From the NCBI RefSeq assembly GCF_009914755.1, contig NC_060932.1: a stretch of 64,000 bases of DNA, one strand, 5' to 3'. This DNA is from the human T2T-CHM13v2.0 reference genome, Homo sapiens. Below are positions 32,901 through 47,960 of the stretch, piece by piece. Every line of letters begins with the position of its first letter. The stretch's first letter is position 1. A model generated the notes under the pieces. The model worked only from the letters and a program-made list of their open reading frames with translations. It was not told the DNA's origin and ran no database searches. Both the position numbers and the translations under genes were made by a program.

Positions 32901-34582
32901 AAAGCTGGTTCTTTGAAAAGATAAATAAAATGGATAGACTATTAGCAAGAGTAACCAAGAAGAGAGAAAATCCAAATAACTTCACTAAGAAATGAAACAG
33001 GAGATATTACAACTGACATCACTGAAATACAGAAGATCATTCAAGGCTACTGTGAACACCTTTATGCACATAAACTAGAAAGCCTAGAAGAGATGGATAA
33101 ATTCCTGGAAAAAAATACAACCTTCCTAGCTTAAATCAGGAAGACTTAGATACCCTGAACAGACCAATAACAAGCAGTGAGATTGAAATGGTAATTTAAA
33201 ACTTACCAACAAAAAAAAAGTCCAGGACCAGACGGATTCACATCAGAATTCTACCAGACATTCAAAGAATTGGTACCAATCCTTTTGACACTATTCCACA
33301 AGATAGAGAAAGAAGGAACCCTCCCTAATTCATTCTATGAAGCCAGCATCACCCTAATACCAAAACCAGGGAAGCAGATAACTAAAAAAGAAAACTACAG
33401 ACCAATAACCTTGATGAACATAGATGCTAAAATCCTTAACAAAATACTCTCTAACTGAATCCAACAACATATCAAAAAGATAATCCACCATGACCAAGTG
33501 GGTTTCATAACAGGGACGCAGGGATGTACACAAGTCAATAAATGTGATACACCACATAAACAGAATTAAAAACAAAAAGCACATGATCATCTCAATAGAT
33601 GTAGAAAAAGCATTCAACAAAATCCATTATGCTTTATGATTAAAACTCTCAGTAAAATCGGCATAAAAGGGACATACCTTAATGTAATAAAAGCCATCTA
33701 TGACAAACTGACAGGCAACATAATACTGAATGGGGAAAAGTTGAAAGCATTCCCTCTGAGAACTGGAAGAAGGCAAGGATGCCCACACTCACCACTCCTC
33801 TTCAACACAGTACTGGGAGTCCTACCCAGAACAATCAGGAAAGATAAAGAAATGAAGGGCATCCAAATTGGTAAAGACAAAGTCAGACTGTCACCATTTG
33901 CTGACAGTATGATCCTTTACCTTGAAAACCCTAAGGACTCCTCCAGAAAGCTCCTAGAACTGATAATTCAGCAAAGTTTCCAGATACAAGATTAATGTAC
34001 ACAAATCAGTAGCTCTTCTGTACACCAACAGCGACCAAGCAGAGAACCAAATCAAGAATTCAACCACTTTTACAATAGCAGCAAAAAAAAAAATAAAATA
34101 CTTAGGAATATACCTAACAAAGGAGTTGAACAACCTCTACAAGGAAAACTATAAAATGCTGCTGAAAGAAATCATAGACAACAGAAACAAATGGAAACAC
34201 ATCCCATGCTCATGGATGGGTAGAATCAATATTGTGAAAATGACCATACTGCCAAAAGCACTCTACAAATTCAAGGAACTCTCCATCAAAATATCACCAT
34301 CATTCTTCACAGAAGAAAAGAAAACAATTCTAAAATTCATATGGAACCAAAAAAGAGCCCACACAGTCAAAGCGAGGCTAAGCAAAAAGAACAAATCTGG
34401 AGGCATCACATTATCTGATTTCAACCTATACTATAAGTCCATAGTCATCAAAACAGCATGGTACTGGTATAAAAATAGGCACATAGAACAATGGAACAGA
34501 ATAGAGAACACAGAAATAAACCCAACTACTTACAGCCAACTGATATTCAACAAAGCAAACAAAAACATAAAGTGGGGAAAGG

Positions 34583-34941
<359 letters not shown>

Positions 34942-37022
34942 CTAACCACATGTAGGAGAATGAAATTGGATCCTCATCTCACACCTTATACAAAAATCAA
35001 CTCAAGACAGATTAAGGACTTAAACCTAAAACCTGAAATTATAAAAATTCTAGAAGATAACATTGGAAAAATCCTTCTAAACATTGTCTTAGGCAAGGAT
35101 TTCATGACCAAGAACCCCCAAAAAATGCAATAAAAACAAAGATAAATAGCTGGGACCTAACTAAACTAAAGAGCTTTTGCATAGCAAAAGGAACAGTCAG
35201 CAGAGTAAACAGGCAACCCACAGAGTGGGAGAAAATCTTCACAATCTATACATCTGACAAAGGACTATATCCTGAATCTACAACGAACTCAAACAAATCA
35301 GTAAGAAAACAAGTAAGAAAAAAACAAACAATCCCATCAAAAAGTGGGCTAAGAACACGAATAGATAATTCTCAAAAGAAGATATACAAATGGCCAACAA
35401 ACGTAAGAAACAATGCTCAACATCACTAATGATCAGGGAAATGCAAAGCAAAACCACAATGCGATACCACCTTACTCCTGCAAGAATGGCCATAATCAAA
35501 AAATCAAAAAACAGTAGATGTTGGCATGGATGCAGTGATCTGGGAACACTTCTATGCTCCTGGTAGGAATGTAAACTAACACAGCCACTATGGAAAACAG
35601 TGTGGAGACTCCTTAAAGAACTAAAAATAGAACTACCATTTGATCTAGCAATCCCACTACTGGGTATCTACCCAGAGGAAAAGAAGTCATTATTACAAAA
35701 AGATACTTGCACATGCACGTTTATAGCAGCACGATTTACAATTGAAAAATTGTGGAACCAATCCAAATGCCCATCAATCGACGAGTGGATAAAGAAATTG
35801 TGAAATATATATACATGAATACTACTCAGCCATAAGAAAAGGGATGAGTTAACAGCATTTGCAGTGACCTGGATGAGATCGGAAACTGTTATTCTAAGTG
35901 AAGTAACTCAGAAATGAAAAATCAAACATCGTATGTTCTCACTGATATGTGGGAACTAAGCTATGAGGACGCAAAGGCATAAGAATGATACAATGGACTT
36001 TGGGGACTTGGGGGCAATTGTGGGAGGGGGTGAGGGATAAAAGACTGCAAGTATGGTGCAGTGTATACTGTTCTGCTTATGGGTACACCAAAATCTCACA
36101 AATCACCACTAAAGAATGTACTCATGTAACTAAATACCACTTGTATCCCAATAACTTATGGGAAAAAAAAGTTTTAAAAAATCTGTACACTGAAAACTAT
36201 AAAACATTGGTAAGAGAAATTGAAGAGGACAAAAATAAATGGAACAGTGTCCTGTGTTCATGGATTGGAAAAATTAATATTGTCAAAATATCCATACTAC
36301 ATAAAGCAATTTACAGACTCAATGCAACCCCTATCAAAATTCCAACACTATTTTTCACAGAGATAGAAAAAACAACCATAAAAGTCATGTGGAACCACAA
36401 GACCCTGAATAGACAAAGCAATCTTGAGGAAAAGGAGCAAAGCTGGAGGCATTACATTACTGAATTTTAAAATATATTACAAACTATAATAATTAAAACA
36501 GCATGTTACTCATAACAGATACATCAAACAACAGAATAAGATAGACAGCCCAAAAGTACACCCAAATATCGATGTTCAATTAACTTCCAAAAAAGATGCA
36601 CGATGTAGAAAGGACAGTCTTCTTTAAATGGTATCAGGAGAACTGGATATCAATATACAGAAAAATAAAAATGGACTCTTTTTCACCAGTTATAGAAGAA
36701 TCAACTCAAAATTAATTAAATTCTTAAATTTAGGACTTGAAACTATAAAACAACTAGTAAAAACAGGGGAAAAGCTCCATGACGTTGGAATGGGCAGAGA
36801 TTTCTTGCATATGACCCCAAAAGCACAGGCAATGAAAGCAAAAATAGACAAATGAGATCACATCAAATTAAAAAGCTTCTGCACAGCAGAGGAAACAACT
36901 AACAGTAAAGAGACAACCCATACATTGACAGATATTTGCAAATCATATGTTAGATAAGGGGCCAATATCCAAAACATACAAGGAACTCAACTACTCGGTA
37001 ACAAGAAAACAAATAATCCCAA

Positions 37023-38247
37023 ACTTCTACCTGGACATCCAGGCATTTCTATATATCTTCTGAAATCTAGGCAGAGGTTCCCAAACCTCAATTCTTGACT
37101 CCTATGCACCCACAAGTTCAACACCATGTGGAAGTTGCCAAGGCTTGGGGATTCCACCCTCTGAAGCCATGGCCAGAGCTGTACCTTGGCCCCCTTTAGC
37201 CATGGCTGGAACAGCTGGGATCCAGGGCACCAAGTCTCGAGACTGCACACAGAAGTGGGGTGCTGGACCCGGCCCAGGAAACCATTTTCCCTCCTAGGCC
37301 TCTGAGCCTGTGATGAGAGGGGCTGCCACGGAAGTCTCGGACATGCCCTCGAGACGTTTTCCCCATTTGTTGGTGATTAGCATTGGGCTCCTCATTACTT
37401 ATGCCAACTTCTGCTACCAGCTTGAATTTCTCCTCAGAAAATCAGTTTTTGTTTTCTACTACATCTTCAGGCTGCAAGTTTTTCAAACTTTTATGCTCTG
37501 CTTCCTCTTGAACACTTTGCTGCTTAGAAATTTCTTCCACCAGATATCCTAAATCATCTCTCTCAAGTTCAAAGTTCCACAGATCTCTAGGGCAGGGGCA
37601 AAATGCCACCAGTCTCTTTGCATAGCAAGGGTGACCTTTACTCCAGTTCCCAACAAGTTCCTCATCTCCATCTGAGACCATCTCAGCTTGGACTTTATTG
37701 TCCATATCACTATCAGCATTTTGGTCAAAGCCATCCAACAGGTCTCTAGGAAGTACCAAACTTTCCCATCTTCTTCTGAGCCCTCCAAACTGTTCCAACC
37801 TCTGTCTATTACCTAGTTCCAATGTCACATCTACATTTTTACAGCAGCACCTCACTCTGTCAGTACCAATTGACTGTATTAGTGCATTCTTGCACTGCTA
37901 TAAGGACATATCTGAGACTGGTTAATTGATGAAGGAAAGAGGTTTAATTGACTCACAGTTCCACAGGGCTTGGGAGGCCTCAGGAAACTCACAATCATTC
38001 GCAAAAGGGGACGCAAACACATGCTTCTTCACATGGCAGCAGCAAAATGTGCAGAGCAAAGGTGGGAAAGCCCCTTATAAAACCATCAAATCTTGTGAGA
38101 ACTCACTCACTATCGGGAAAACAGCATAAAGATAACTGCCCCCATGATTAAATTAACTCCCACTGGGTCCCTCCCGTGACTGGTGGGAATTATGGGAAGT
38201 ACAATTCAAGATGAGATTTGGGTGGGGGACACAGCCAAACTGTATCA
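37023..38247 (-). mobile_element. Truncated THE1 provirus: 5' LTR (37875-38247) plus partial internal region (37023-37874)
   Basis: Minus-strand translation DSDMDNKVQAEMVSDGDEELVGNWSKG...CPCPRDLWNFELERDDLGYLVEEISKQQS typical of THE1/MST-int; LTR tgtattagt...ccaaactgtatca. Confidence 0.9.
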
Positions 38248-39212
38248 GGCAATATGGTCATTTTAATTATAGTAACTTTCTGATCTATAGGCATGAGATG
38301 TTTTTACATTTGTTTGTGTCATCAAAAATTTATTTCATCAGCCTGTTGTAGTTTTCCTTGTAGAGATCTTTCACTTCTTTGGTCAAATATATTCCTAGGT
38401 ATTTTGTATTTTTCATAGTTATTGTAACTGAAATTGCCTTTTTTATTTGGTTCTCACCTTGATCATATAAGGGTATAGAAGTCATACTGATTTTTGTACA
38501 TTTCTTTTCTATCCTGAAATTTTACTGAATTCATTTATCAAATCTAAGCGTTTTTTATCGAATCTTGAGGGTTTTCTAGATATGAGGTCATATTATCAAC
38601 AGAGATATATTGACTTTCTCTTTTCCAATTTGGATGCCTTTTATTTCTTTACTTTGCTTAATTGCACTGGCTAAGACTTACAGTATTATGCTGAATATGA
38701 GTGGCGAAAAGTGGGAATCCCTGTCTTGTTTCTAGTTCTTAAAGGGAATGCTTTCACATTTTCCTCATTCAGTATGATATTGGCTATTGGTTTGGCACAC
38801 ATGGCTTTTATTATTTTGAGGTATGTTCCTTCTATGCCTAATTGGTTGAGGCTTTTTATCATGAAGTGTGGATGAATTTTTTCAAATGCCTTTTCTGCAT
38901 CTATTGAGGTGATCATATGTTTTTTCCTTAATTATGTTTATGTGATGAAGCCCATTAATTGGTTCACATATGGTAAACCATCCTTGTATATGTGGTATAA
39001 AACCCACTTGATGATGCTGTACTATCTTTTTGATGTGCTGTTTGATCTGGCTTGCTAGTACACTGCCTAGGATTTTTGCATGTATGTTAATCAGGGATGT
39101 TTATCTGTAGTTTTCTCTTTTTCTTGTGTCCTTATATGTTTTTGGTATCAGCATGATACTGGCTTCATAGAATGAGTTAGGAAGAATTCTCACCTCCTCA
39201 ATTATTGTAAAC
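38248..39212 (-). mobile_element. L1 ORF2 (RT region) fragment, inverted; 38405-39212 is a near-identical copy of 42456-43267
   Basis: Minus-strand [33 protein letters not shown] identical to the plus-strand ORF at 42661-43008. Confidence 0.92.
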
Positions 39213-41427
39213 TGCTACCACTGCAGATGGGTCTTACCTGCAAGTGTCACCTACTTACTGGCCTAGAGGGTGGAGTGCACAGTCCATTACAGCATTTGCT
39301 TACACAACTATAGAGCACTTGGGAACAAGATAAGCTTCTTACAATCATTGCCTATACCACCCTGGCTACTCAGGAGGTTGCTGCTACTAAAACTGGCATT
39401 TGAGAAAGCCACCGCACTAAGACTATTTATGTCCAAGGAAACAATACTGTCTTTAGCACTGAACACACCTAGAAGAAAAGCCAAAAGACGCTACCCAACA
39501 TATACTACAGTTACATTCTAAAAAAAAGAAAAGGCCTGCCCCAATAAAAGTAAATGTAAAAATACGAAGTGGCAACTATATCTCCAGATGCACAGAAATC
39601 AGCAAAATAGTACAGGAAGCATTAAAAGGCAAGGAATTATGACACCCCCAAATGAGTACAGTAATTTTCTGTTAATGAATCCAAACCAAAAATAAATCAG
39701 AGTGCCAGGTAAAGCATTTAGAATATTGGTTTTAAAGAAGCTCAATGAGATCCAAGAGAGTTCTGAAAACTAACACAATGAAATCAGAAAATCAATTCAG
39801 GATATAAACAAGAAATTTACTGAGAAGATAAACATCTTAAAAAATAACAGAACTTCCGGAAATGAAAAATTCATTGAAGAAAATACAGAATAAATTTGAA
39901 GGCATTAAAAGTAGACTGGACTAAGCAGAAGAATGAATCTCAGAACTTGAACACAAGTCTTTTGCATTAAGCCAGACAAAAACAAAAAGGACAAAAAAGA
40001 ATGCACAAGCCCTTTGAGATATATGAGACCACATAAATCAATCACACTTGTATTCCTGAGGAAGAAGAAAAAGTAAAAAGTTGAGAAAACCTATATAAGG
40101 GAATAATTGACAAAACTTCCCTAGTCTAGCAAGAGATTTAGACGTTCAGATATCAAAAGCCCCAGTGATTGTCAAGAAAATCAATTGCAGAACAGACTTC
40201 ATGCCATATAATCAGACTGTGAAAAGGCACCATGAAAGAAATAATTATAAAATCAGAAAGAGAAAAGCATCTAGTCACCTATAAAGGAATCCCCATCAGA
40301 CTAATAGACTTATCAGCAGAAACCTTAAAACCCAAAAGAGAATGAGATGCTATTTTCAAAGAGCTAAAAGAAAATGTCAGCCAAGAATTTTATATCCTGT
40401 CAGAATAAACTTTATAAATGGAGAAGAAATAAAGCCTTTTACAGGCAAGCAAACACTGAGGGAATTTGTCACCACTAGCCAGCCAAACAAGAATTGCTCA
40501 AAGGAGTCCTAAACATGGAAATGAAAGTATAAAACTCACAGACTTTATAAAACAATCACACAAGGGAGCAGGAGAAAGGAATCAAATAGCAACACAACAG
40601 AACTCCACCAAACCAGAAAGACAAACAGAGAAAAAGATAGAAACAAAGAATTTATAAAAGAACTAGATAACAGTTAACAATATGACAGAAACAAAACCTC
40701 ACATATCAATATTAACCTTGAGTGTAAATGGAATAAATACTCCATTTAAAAGATTTAGATTGGCAGGATGGATTAAAAACATGATTTAATTATATGCTGC
40801 TTACAAGAAACTCACCTTACCCATAAAGACAAATATAGACTGAAAGTAAAGGGATGGAAAAAGATATTCCATACCAAAAGAAACCAAAAGTAAGCAGGAA
40901 TAAGTATATTTAAATCAGACAAAATAGACATCAGATCAAAAACAGTAAAAAAAACAAGTCAAAGAAGGCCAGTATATAGTGATAAAGTGATCAGTTCAGG
41001 AAGAGAATGTAACAATCATGTAGATAGATAGATATAAATCATATATATACATATATAAATATATATCTCAATCCTTGAGCAACCAAATTCATAAAATAAT
41101 TACTGTTAGGTCTAAGGAAAGATATGGACAGCAATACAATAATAGTGGGAGATTTCAACACCCCACTCACAGCACTAGACAGATCATCTGGACAGAAAAT
41201 CAACAAAGAAACATTAGACTTAAACTATACTCTAGAACAACCGGACTCACCAAACATACAGAACATTCTACTGAACAACTGCAGAATATACATACTTCTC
41301 ATCAGCACATCGAACATTCTCCAAGATAGACCATATGTTAGGCCACAGTACAAGTCTCAATAAATTTTAAAAAATTGGAATCATATCAAGTATCTTCTCA
41401 AATCACAGCAGAATAAAACTACAAATC

Positions 41428-41724
<297 letters not shown>

Positions 41725-42111
41725 AAAACTACAAATCAATACCAGGTGGAACTTTGTAAACTATACAAATACATGGAAATTAAACAACGTGCTCCTGATG
41801 AATCTTTGGGTCAATGATGAAATGAAGATGGAAATTATAAGTGAATGAAAATGGAAGCAAAACACATGAAAACTCTGGGATATAGCAAAGGCAGTGCTAA
41901 GAGTAAAGTTTACAGTGTTAAATGCCTGTATAATAAAAAAAGAAAGATCACAAATTAATAGCCTAACATCACATCTCAAGGTGTTGATTATATATAAAAC
42001 AACAAACCAAGCCCAAAGTTAGCAGAAGAAAAAAAGAAAGATTATAGCAGAACTAAAAGAAACAGAGACACAAACAGAAACAATAGGAAGGGTCAATGAA
42101 ACAAAAGGGCT

Positions 42112-42116
42112 TTTCT

Positions 42117-42147
<31 letters not shown>

Positions 42148-42428
42148 GGAGACCAGGTCTCATTCTGTCACCCAGGCTTGTGTGCAGTGGTGCAGTTATG
42201 GCTTACTATGTCCTTGAACTCCTAGACTCAAGCAATCTTCCCACTTCAGCCTCCTGAGTACCTGGGACTATAGGCACAAACCACCATGCTCAACAAATTT
42301 GTAAAAAATTAAAAAAAAATGTTTTTCAGAGATTGGACCTTACTATATTACCCAGACTGGTCCTGAACTCCTCTGGTCTTGACCTCCCAAAGTGATAGGT
42401 TTACAGGTGTGCGTGATTGCACCCAGCC
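42112..42428 (-). mobile_element. AluJ SINE with (TTTTG)n tail
   Basis: gaactcctagactcaagcaatcttcccacttcagcctcctgagta. Confidence 0.85.
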
Positions 42429-43574
42429 AAAATACTGCTTTTGAAAAGATAAACTGTTTACAATAATTGAGGAGGTGAGAATTCTTCCTAACTCATTCTA
42501 TGAAGCCAGTATCATGCTGATACCAAAAACATATAAGGACACAAGAAAAAGAGAAAACTACAGATAAACATCCCTGATTAACATACATACAAAAATCCTA
42601 GGCACTGTACTAGCAAGCCAGATCAAACAGCACATCAAAAAGATAGTACAGCATCATCAAGTGGGTTTTATACCACATATACAAGGATCATTTACCATAT
42701 GTGAACCAATTAATGGGCTTCATCACATAAACATAATTAAGGAAAAAAACATGATCACCTCAATAGATGCAGAAAAGGCATTTGAAAAAATTCATCCACA
42801 CTTCATGATAAAAAGCCTCAACCAATTAGGCATAGAAGGAATATACCTCAAAATAATAAAAGCCATGTATGCCAAACCAACAGCCAGTATCATACTGAAT
42901 GAGGAAAATATGAAAGCATTCTCTTTAAGAACTAGAAACAAGACAGGGATTCCCACTTTCGCCACTCATATTCAGCATAATACTGTAAGTCTTAGCCAGT
43001 GCAATTAAGCAAGGTAAAGAAAATAAAAGGCATCCAAATTGGAAAAGAGAAAGTCAATATATCTCTGTTGATGATATGACCTCATATCTAGAAAACCCTC
43101 AAGATTCGATAAAAAAAAAGCTTAGATTTGATAAATGAATTCAGTAAAATTTCAGGATAGAAAAGAAATGTACAAAAATCAGTATCACTTCTATACCCTT
43201 ATAATGATCAAGGTGAGAACCAAATAAAAAAAGGCAATTTCAGTTACAATAACTATGAAAAAATACATTCCCTCTCACTTGGCTGTGGCATGGCACTGGG
43301 ACCACCCCTCCATCCCTGTGCTGGGACCTTGGGGCAGCAGCATTGCACCACTCCTCACCTGGGCATTTCTCCAGGGACCTGGGGACTGCCCTCTGATCCC
43401 CATTGGGGCTGGAAGCCACCATTGAAGGAACTGAGTGCAAGCTTTACTGGTCCAGCTCTGCCCAGCTGTGCATCCCTCTCCCTCAGACAGTATGGTATCC
43501 AGACCACTGAGCATTTCATGGACCAATCAATCATCTGGGACACCTAAGCACTTCTCTGGGATAATGAAGGTTGA

Positions 43575-44100
43575 GCATAAACTGTACTCAACAGGTGAAT
43601 GGTTAAAACACTGTGATACACTATACAATGGATACTATTTAGCAATAAAAAAAGAACCAAATACTAATTCTAAGCAACAATTTGGATGAATCTCAAGGTC
43701 ATTATGCTGAGTGAACAAAGCCAATCTCAAAATATCACATACTTTATGATTCCATTAATGTAATAGAGTAGAAATAGATTAGTGATTAATAGGGATTAAG
43801 GATGGTGGGAGAGTTAGGGGGTGAGTGTGAAAGTAAAGAGTATAAATGAAATCTTTTTTGTGGTGGGATAGTTCTGGATCTTGACTGGGGTGGTGATAAA
43901 GGAATCTACACATGTGATAAAATGACACAGAACAATATATATATATTGGATGAATGCTATATTACTGGTTTTTATATTGTATTACAATTCTGTAAGATAT
44001 AACCACTGGCGGGAACTGAATGAAGGATACATGAGACCTCTCTGTATTATCCTCGCAACATCCTATAAATTTATAATTATCCTAAAAAGTATTTTTAAAT
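43575..44100 (+). mobile_element. Old L1 (L1MC/MD) 3' end
   Basis: tcaacaggtgaatggttaaaacactgtg, ggatgaatctcaaggtcattatgctgagtgaa. Confidence 0.7.
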
Positions 44101-44107
44101 TGTAGCT

Positions 44108-44535
44108 GAGTATATTAGATTCCTGGGGCTGCCATAACAAAACTACACAGAATGGTTTAAACAACAGAAATCTATTGTCTGGAAGCTAGAAGTCCAAAAT
44201 CAAAGCACCAGCAGAGTTGGTTCCTTCTGATGACTATGAGGGAGAATCCATTCCATTCTTCTCATTTAGCTTCTGGTAGTCTAGTCTGTTCAATAGCTTG
44301 CAGATAGTGTTCTCCCTATGTCTTCACAGTATCTTCCCTCTATGCATGCTTGTCATGATGTACAAATTTCCCCTCATTATAAAGACACTGTCAGGATTAG
44401 GTCCCATCCTAATAACCTTATCCTAATTTGATCAGCTGTAAAGATTCTATTTCAAAATATGGTTGGTCACGGTCATCGGTATTGAGGGTTAGGACTTCAA
44501 CATCTTTTTGGGAAACATGGTTCAAACAATAACAC
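44108..44535 (-). mobile_element. MLT1 solo LTR
   Basis: ggggctgccataacaaaactac...gggttaggacttcaacatc...caataaca. Confidence 0.75.
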
Positions 44536-44593
44536 TGGGTCTAAAAGAATCAATTGTACAAGAGGGAAAACCTGTTTTAAAGGCACTTCATTA

Positions 44594-44822
44594 AGAGAAA
44601 AGGATGAAGAAAGAAGAGGAAGGGGGTGAGAGGGAGGGGGAGGAGGAGAAGAAGGAAAAAAAGGAGGAGAAGGAAACGGAGAAAAGAAAGAAAGAAAGAA
44701 AAAAGAAAAGAAAGAGAAAAAGAGAGAGAAAGAGAGAGAGAAGGAAAGACAAGAAAGAAAGAAAGAAAAAGAAAGAAAGAAAGAAAAGAAAAGAAAAGAG
44801 AAAAGAAAAGAAAAGAAAAGAA
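44594..44822. repeat. Polypurine low-complexity / (GAAA)n-(GAAAA)n tract
   Basis: ~230 nt almost purely A/G. Confidence 0.92.
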
Positions 44823-46839
44823 TTTAGGCCCAACCTAAATGAATAGTTTAGCAGGGCCGTCTTCCATTGCGTGAATAGATTCAGATCAAAGACAGGTATA
44901 GCCACAATCCCTCTCATCTGTCAGATTTCACACAAAATTTTCTAATCTATTTGGAGGCGGGGATATTGATGAATATAGGACAACCACAGAGACTAAAAAC
45001 CAAGTTGAAGTAAAAGAAGACTAAAGATGACATATCTATCTTCCAAGTATTTATCTTTTAAATCCCTCATACCGCCTTAAAAGGGGTAGACCCTTTGTTT
45101 CAATTGTCTAGGTAGGAGAGTTAGACTTAATACAACAAAAGCCAGTAATATTGAGACCAGAAGAACCTCCTAAAATTTAGAATGTTAGAGAATTTTAACA
45201 AAAGAAATCTGTAACCAATGGAAAGGGCTTGCTCAAAATGTAGTGATTTCCCTTTTGCCAGGGAATGTTCAAAAGAACTGGTCAACTCTTCATTAGATAT
45301 TCTTGAATTAGGTGGGAGATTGTACTAGCTCAGTGTCTCCAACTGTTTTGTTTTGTTTTTACTTTTCAGCACTTTCAAAGAAATATATATTAACTTCACC
45401 TTCTTAGAATTTTTTTTAAAAATTTCACCTTTTTTCCAAATGGTAAGATTCAAATGTAACTTTAAATTGACAAATATTTGAGAAAAGTGTTATTAGTAAA
45501 TATCATATTAAAAGGTTGATTTCCATGTAATGTTTGCTAATAATTCAAAAGAAAAAAACATCATTTCGCCAATCAATTTAAATATGACATGTTCAATTTT
45601 AGGATTGAATACAGATGGCTAAATGAGAAACATGATTTTACTAGTTAGCTGCAAAAAGTATATTTTTCTATCTCCTCATAATAATAGACTCTATCATCAG
45701 ATACATCATGTATTAAAAGTTTTGGGGGTGAAGGTATCAAATGTACCCTAAACATTAGTTTTCCCATGCAGTACAGTTATTATTATGCAATTATAGACAC
45801 TTCCCCAGGATTTGTGTCTTTAAAACTTATTAGGTGCTTTTAGACCAAAAATTAGAAAAGTTTACAATATGAAATGTTTGAAATTCTTAAATTTGTAGTT
45901 TTTTAGGTAGTTTATTTTCCATTTCTTGTCTCGTGTCTAATTGAAGAGATATGCAATTTCAAGGTTCAATTTCCTAAAATAATACATACAGGTATAAATA
46001 ACCCTTATCTCACGGAAAAACAAATATTGATGTAATTTTATAGAATTTTGAACAGATGAAATCAACATATAGATGTGATTCTTGTTTTTTAAGCCTACTT
46101 TGCGTAAATATTCTAATATTTTCTTTCTTGTTTAGTTGATGTATTTCAGCATCGATATCCCTTAAACTTTCTATCTTTAGCCAATTAATTGTGGGAATTG
46201 AACTATATGTATATGAAGAAATATATAATTTAATTAATTCCCATATATGACTAATAATATATGTTTTTAAAACTGTATACTGGTAAAACCTATCATGAAA
46301 GCTAAAGGTTTAAGGTGGTGATTAAAAAATATTTAGAAGGCTTGTGATAAAAAGAATCTTAGCATTTACATGAATTTAGAAGCACCGAACACTTCAGGAA
46401 TCAGCAGACCAACAACGTACTATCCATCTTTAAAAGGAAGGAAAGTAAGTGTGTGGAGAAATAGCTATTTTCATCATCTACAGGAAAAGAAAATTAGTAT
46501 AACTTCAATGAAGAACAATTCAATGACATCAACCAAAGTTACAAACCAACATACTCTGATCCTGCAATTTGGCTTCTGGAATACGTAGATATATATGTAT
46601 GAAATAACATAAGCAAAAATTAACTATTGCAGCATTATCTGTAATAGCATATGTGTGAAAACAAAGTAAATGCCTATCAATGGGGGATAAATTATGGTAT
46701 ATCCATCAGCGTCTAGAAAATAAAAAAGATAAGAGAGCTTTTTATGCATTCATATGGAAAGATATCCAAGATACATTAAGTGAAAAGTAAGCAAAGTAGA
46801 CGAGTATATAGTGTTATAATAATTACATAAAAGGGACAG

Positions 46840-47190
46840 ATATTTTATATATATATTTTATATATAATTTATATATAATTAAATGTAAACATGCACACAT
46901 AGTATATATATATATTAATATATAAATATATATTTATATATACATATTTATATATATTTAAAATATATATTTATATATTTAAAATATATATATTTATATA
47001 TTTAAAATATATATTTAAAATAAATATATATATTTAAAATATATATTTAAAATAAATATATATATTTTAAATATATTTATATATTTTAAATATATAAATA
47101 TAAACAGAAGTAATATAATATATAAATCTATATTTATATATGCATATACAATATATGCCTATATATATGTGCATGTTTATTTTATATTTA
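46840..47190. repeat. AT-rich (TA)n-derived quasi-palindromic minisatellite
   Basis: Repeated tatatatttaaaa units with almost no G/C. Confidence 0.9.
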
Positions 47191-47199
47191 AACCAATTA

Positions 47200-47960
47200 A
47201 CTTTTTATTGAAGTACTATATTCAGAAAAGTGAATGTGAGTGTAATCTCCAAGAATTTTCATAAACTGAACACACCCATGCAACTGGCACCTACAGCCTA
47301 GGTCCTGAATCAAAAAATAGAACATTACCATCATCCTAAATACCTCATGATTCCCTTCTAATCAATGCCTCTCCCCTACTAGAGAGAAGATTTCTATAAG
47401 CATAAGTTAGTTTTATTTATTTTTGTACTTTATACAAATGGACTCATGCAATATGTACTCTTCTGTATCTGGCTTTTTTCATCCAACATTATATTTGTAC
47501 ACTGTTTAATTTCATTCCCATTTAGTATTATATTGCATAAATGTGCCAAAATGTATTTATCTATTCTACTATTTATGGATATCTGGGTAATTTCCAGTTT
47601 GAGGCTATTATAAACACCACTGCTATGAACATTCTAGTAGATGCATACACATGTCCACATACCGAAGCAAGGAATTACTGGGTCATAGGATCTGCATATC
47701 TACAATTTTAATAGATACTGACATACAATTTACAAAATTGATTGAACCAATCAACACTCCCATGAGCAGTGTACAAGAGCTCCTGTTGCTCCAAATCCTC
47801 ACTCACACTTGGTATATTCTGTCTTTTTAATTTTATTCATTCTACTGTTTGGATAGTAGTGTTGCAATGTGAATAAAATTTGTGATTCCCTGATAATTAA
47901 TGATGTTGAGAACCTTTTCACCTCTTTTTCAAGGTATCTAAGTCCTCTTCTCAATTTTTC
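47200..47960 (-). mobile_element. Old L1 (L1ME-type) 3' end
   Basis: cataaactgaacacacccatgcaac, ttccagtttgaggctattataaac, ggaattactgggtcatagg. Confidence 0.7.

Noticed and set aside
35985-36470. 161-aa ORF
   Set aside because: Chance read-through from the L1PB1 3'UTR into the host L1 ORF2 across the insertion junction
37442-37855. 137-aa minus-strand ORF
   Set aside because: THE1 internal-region relic of a truncated provirus
44591-44917. K/E/R-rich and F/L/S-rich ORFs
   Set aside because: Translations of the polypurine simple repeat
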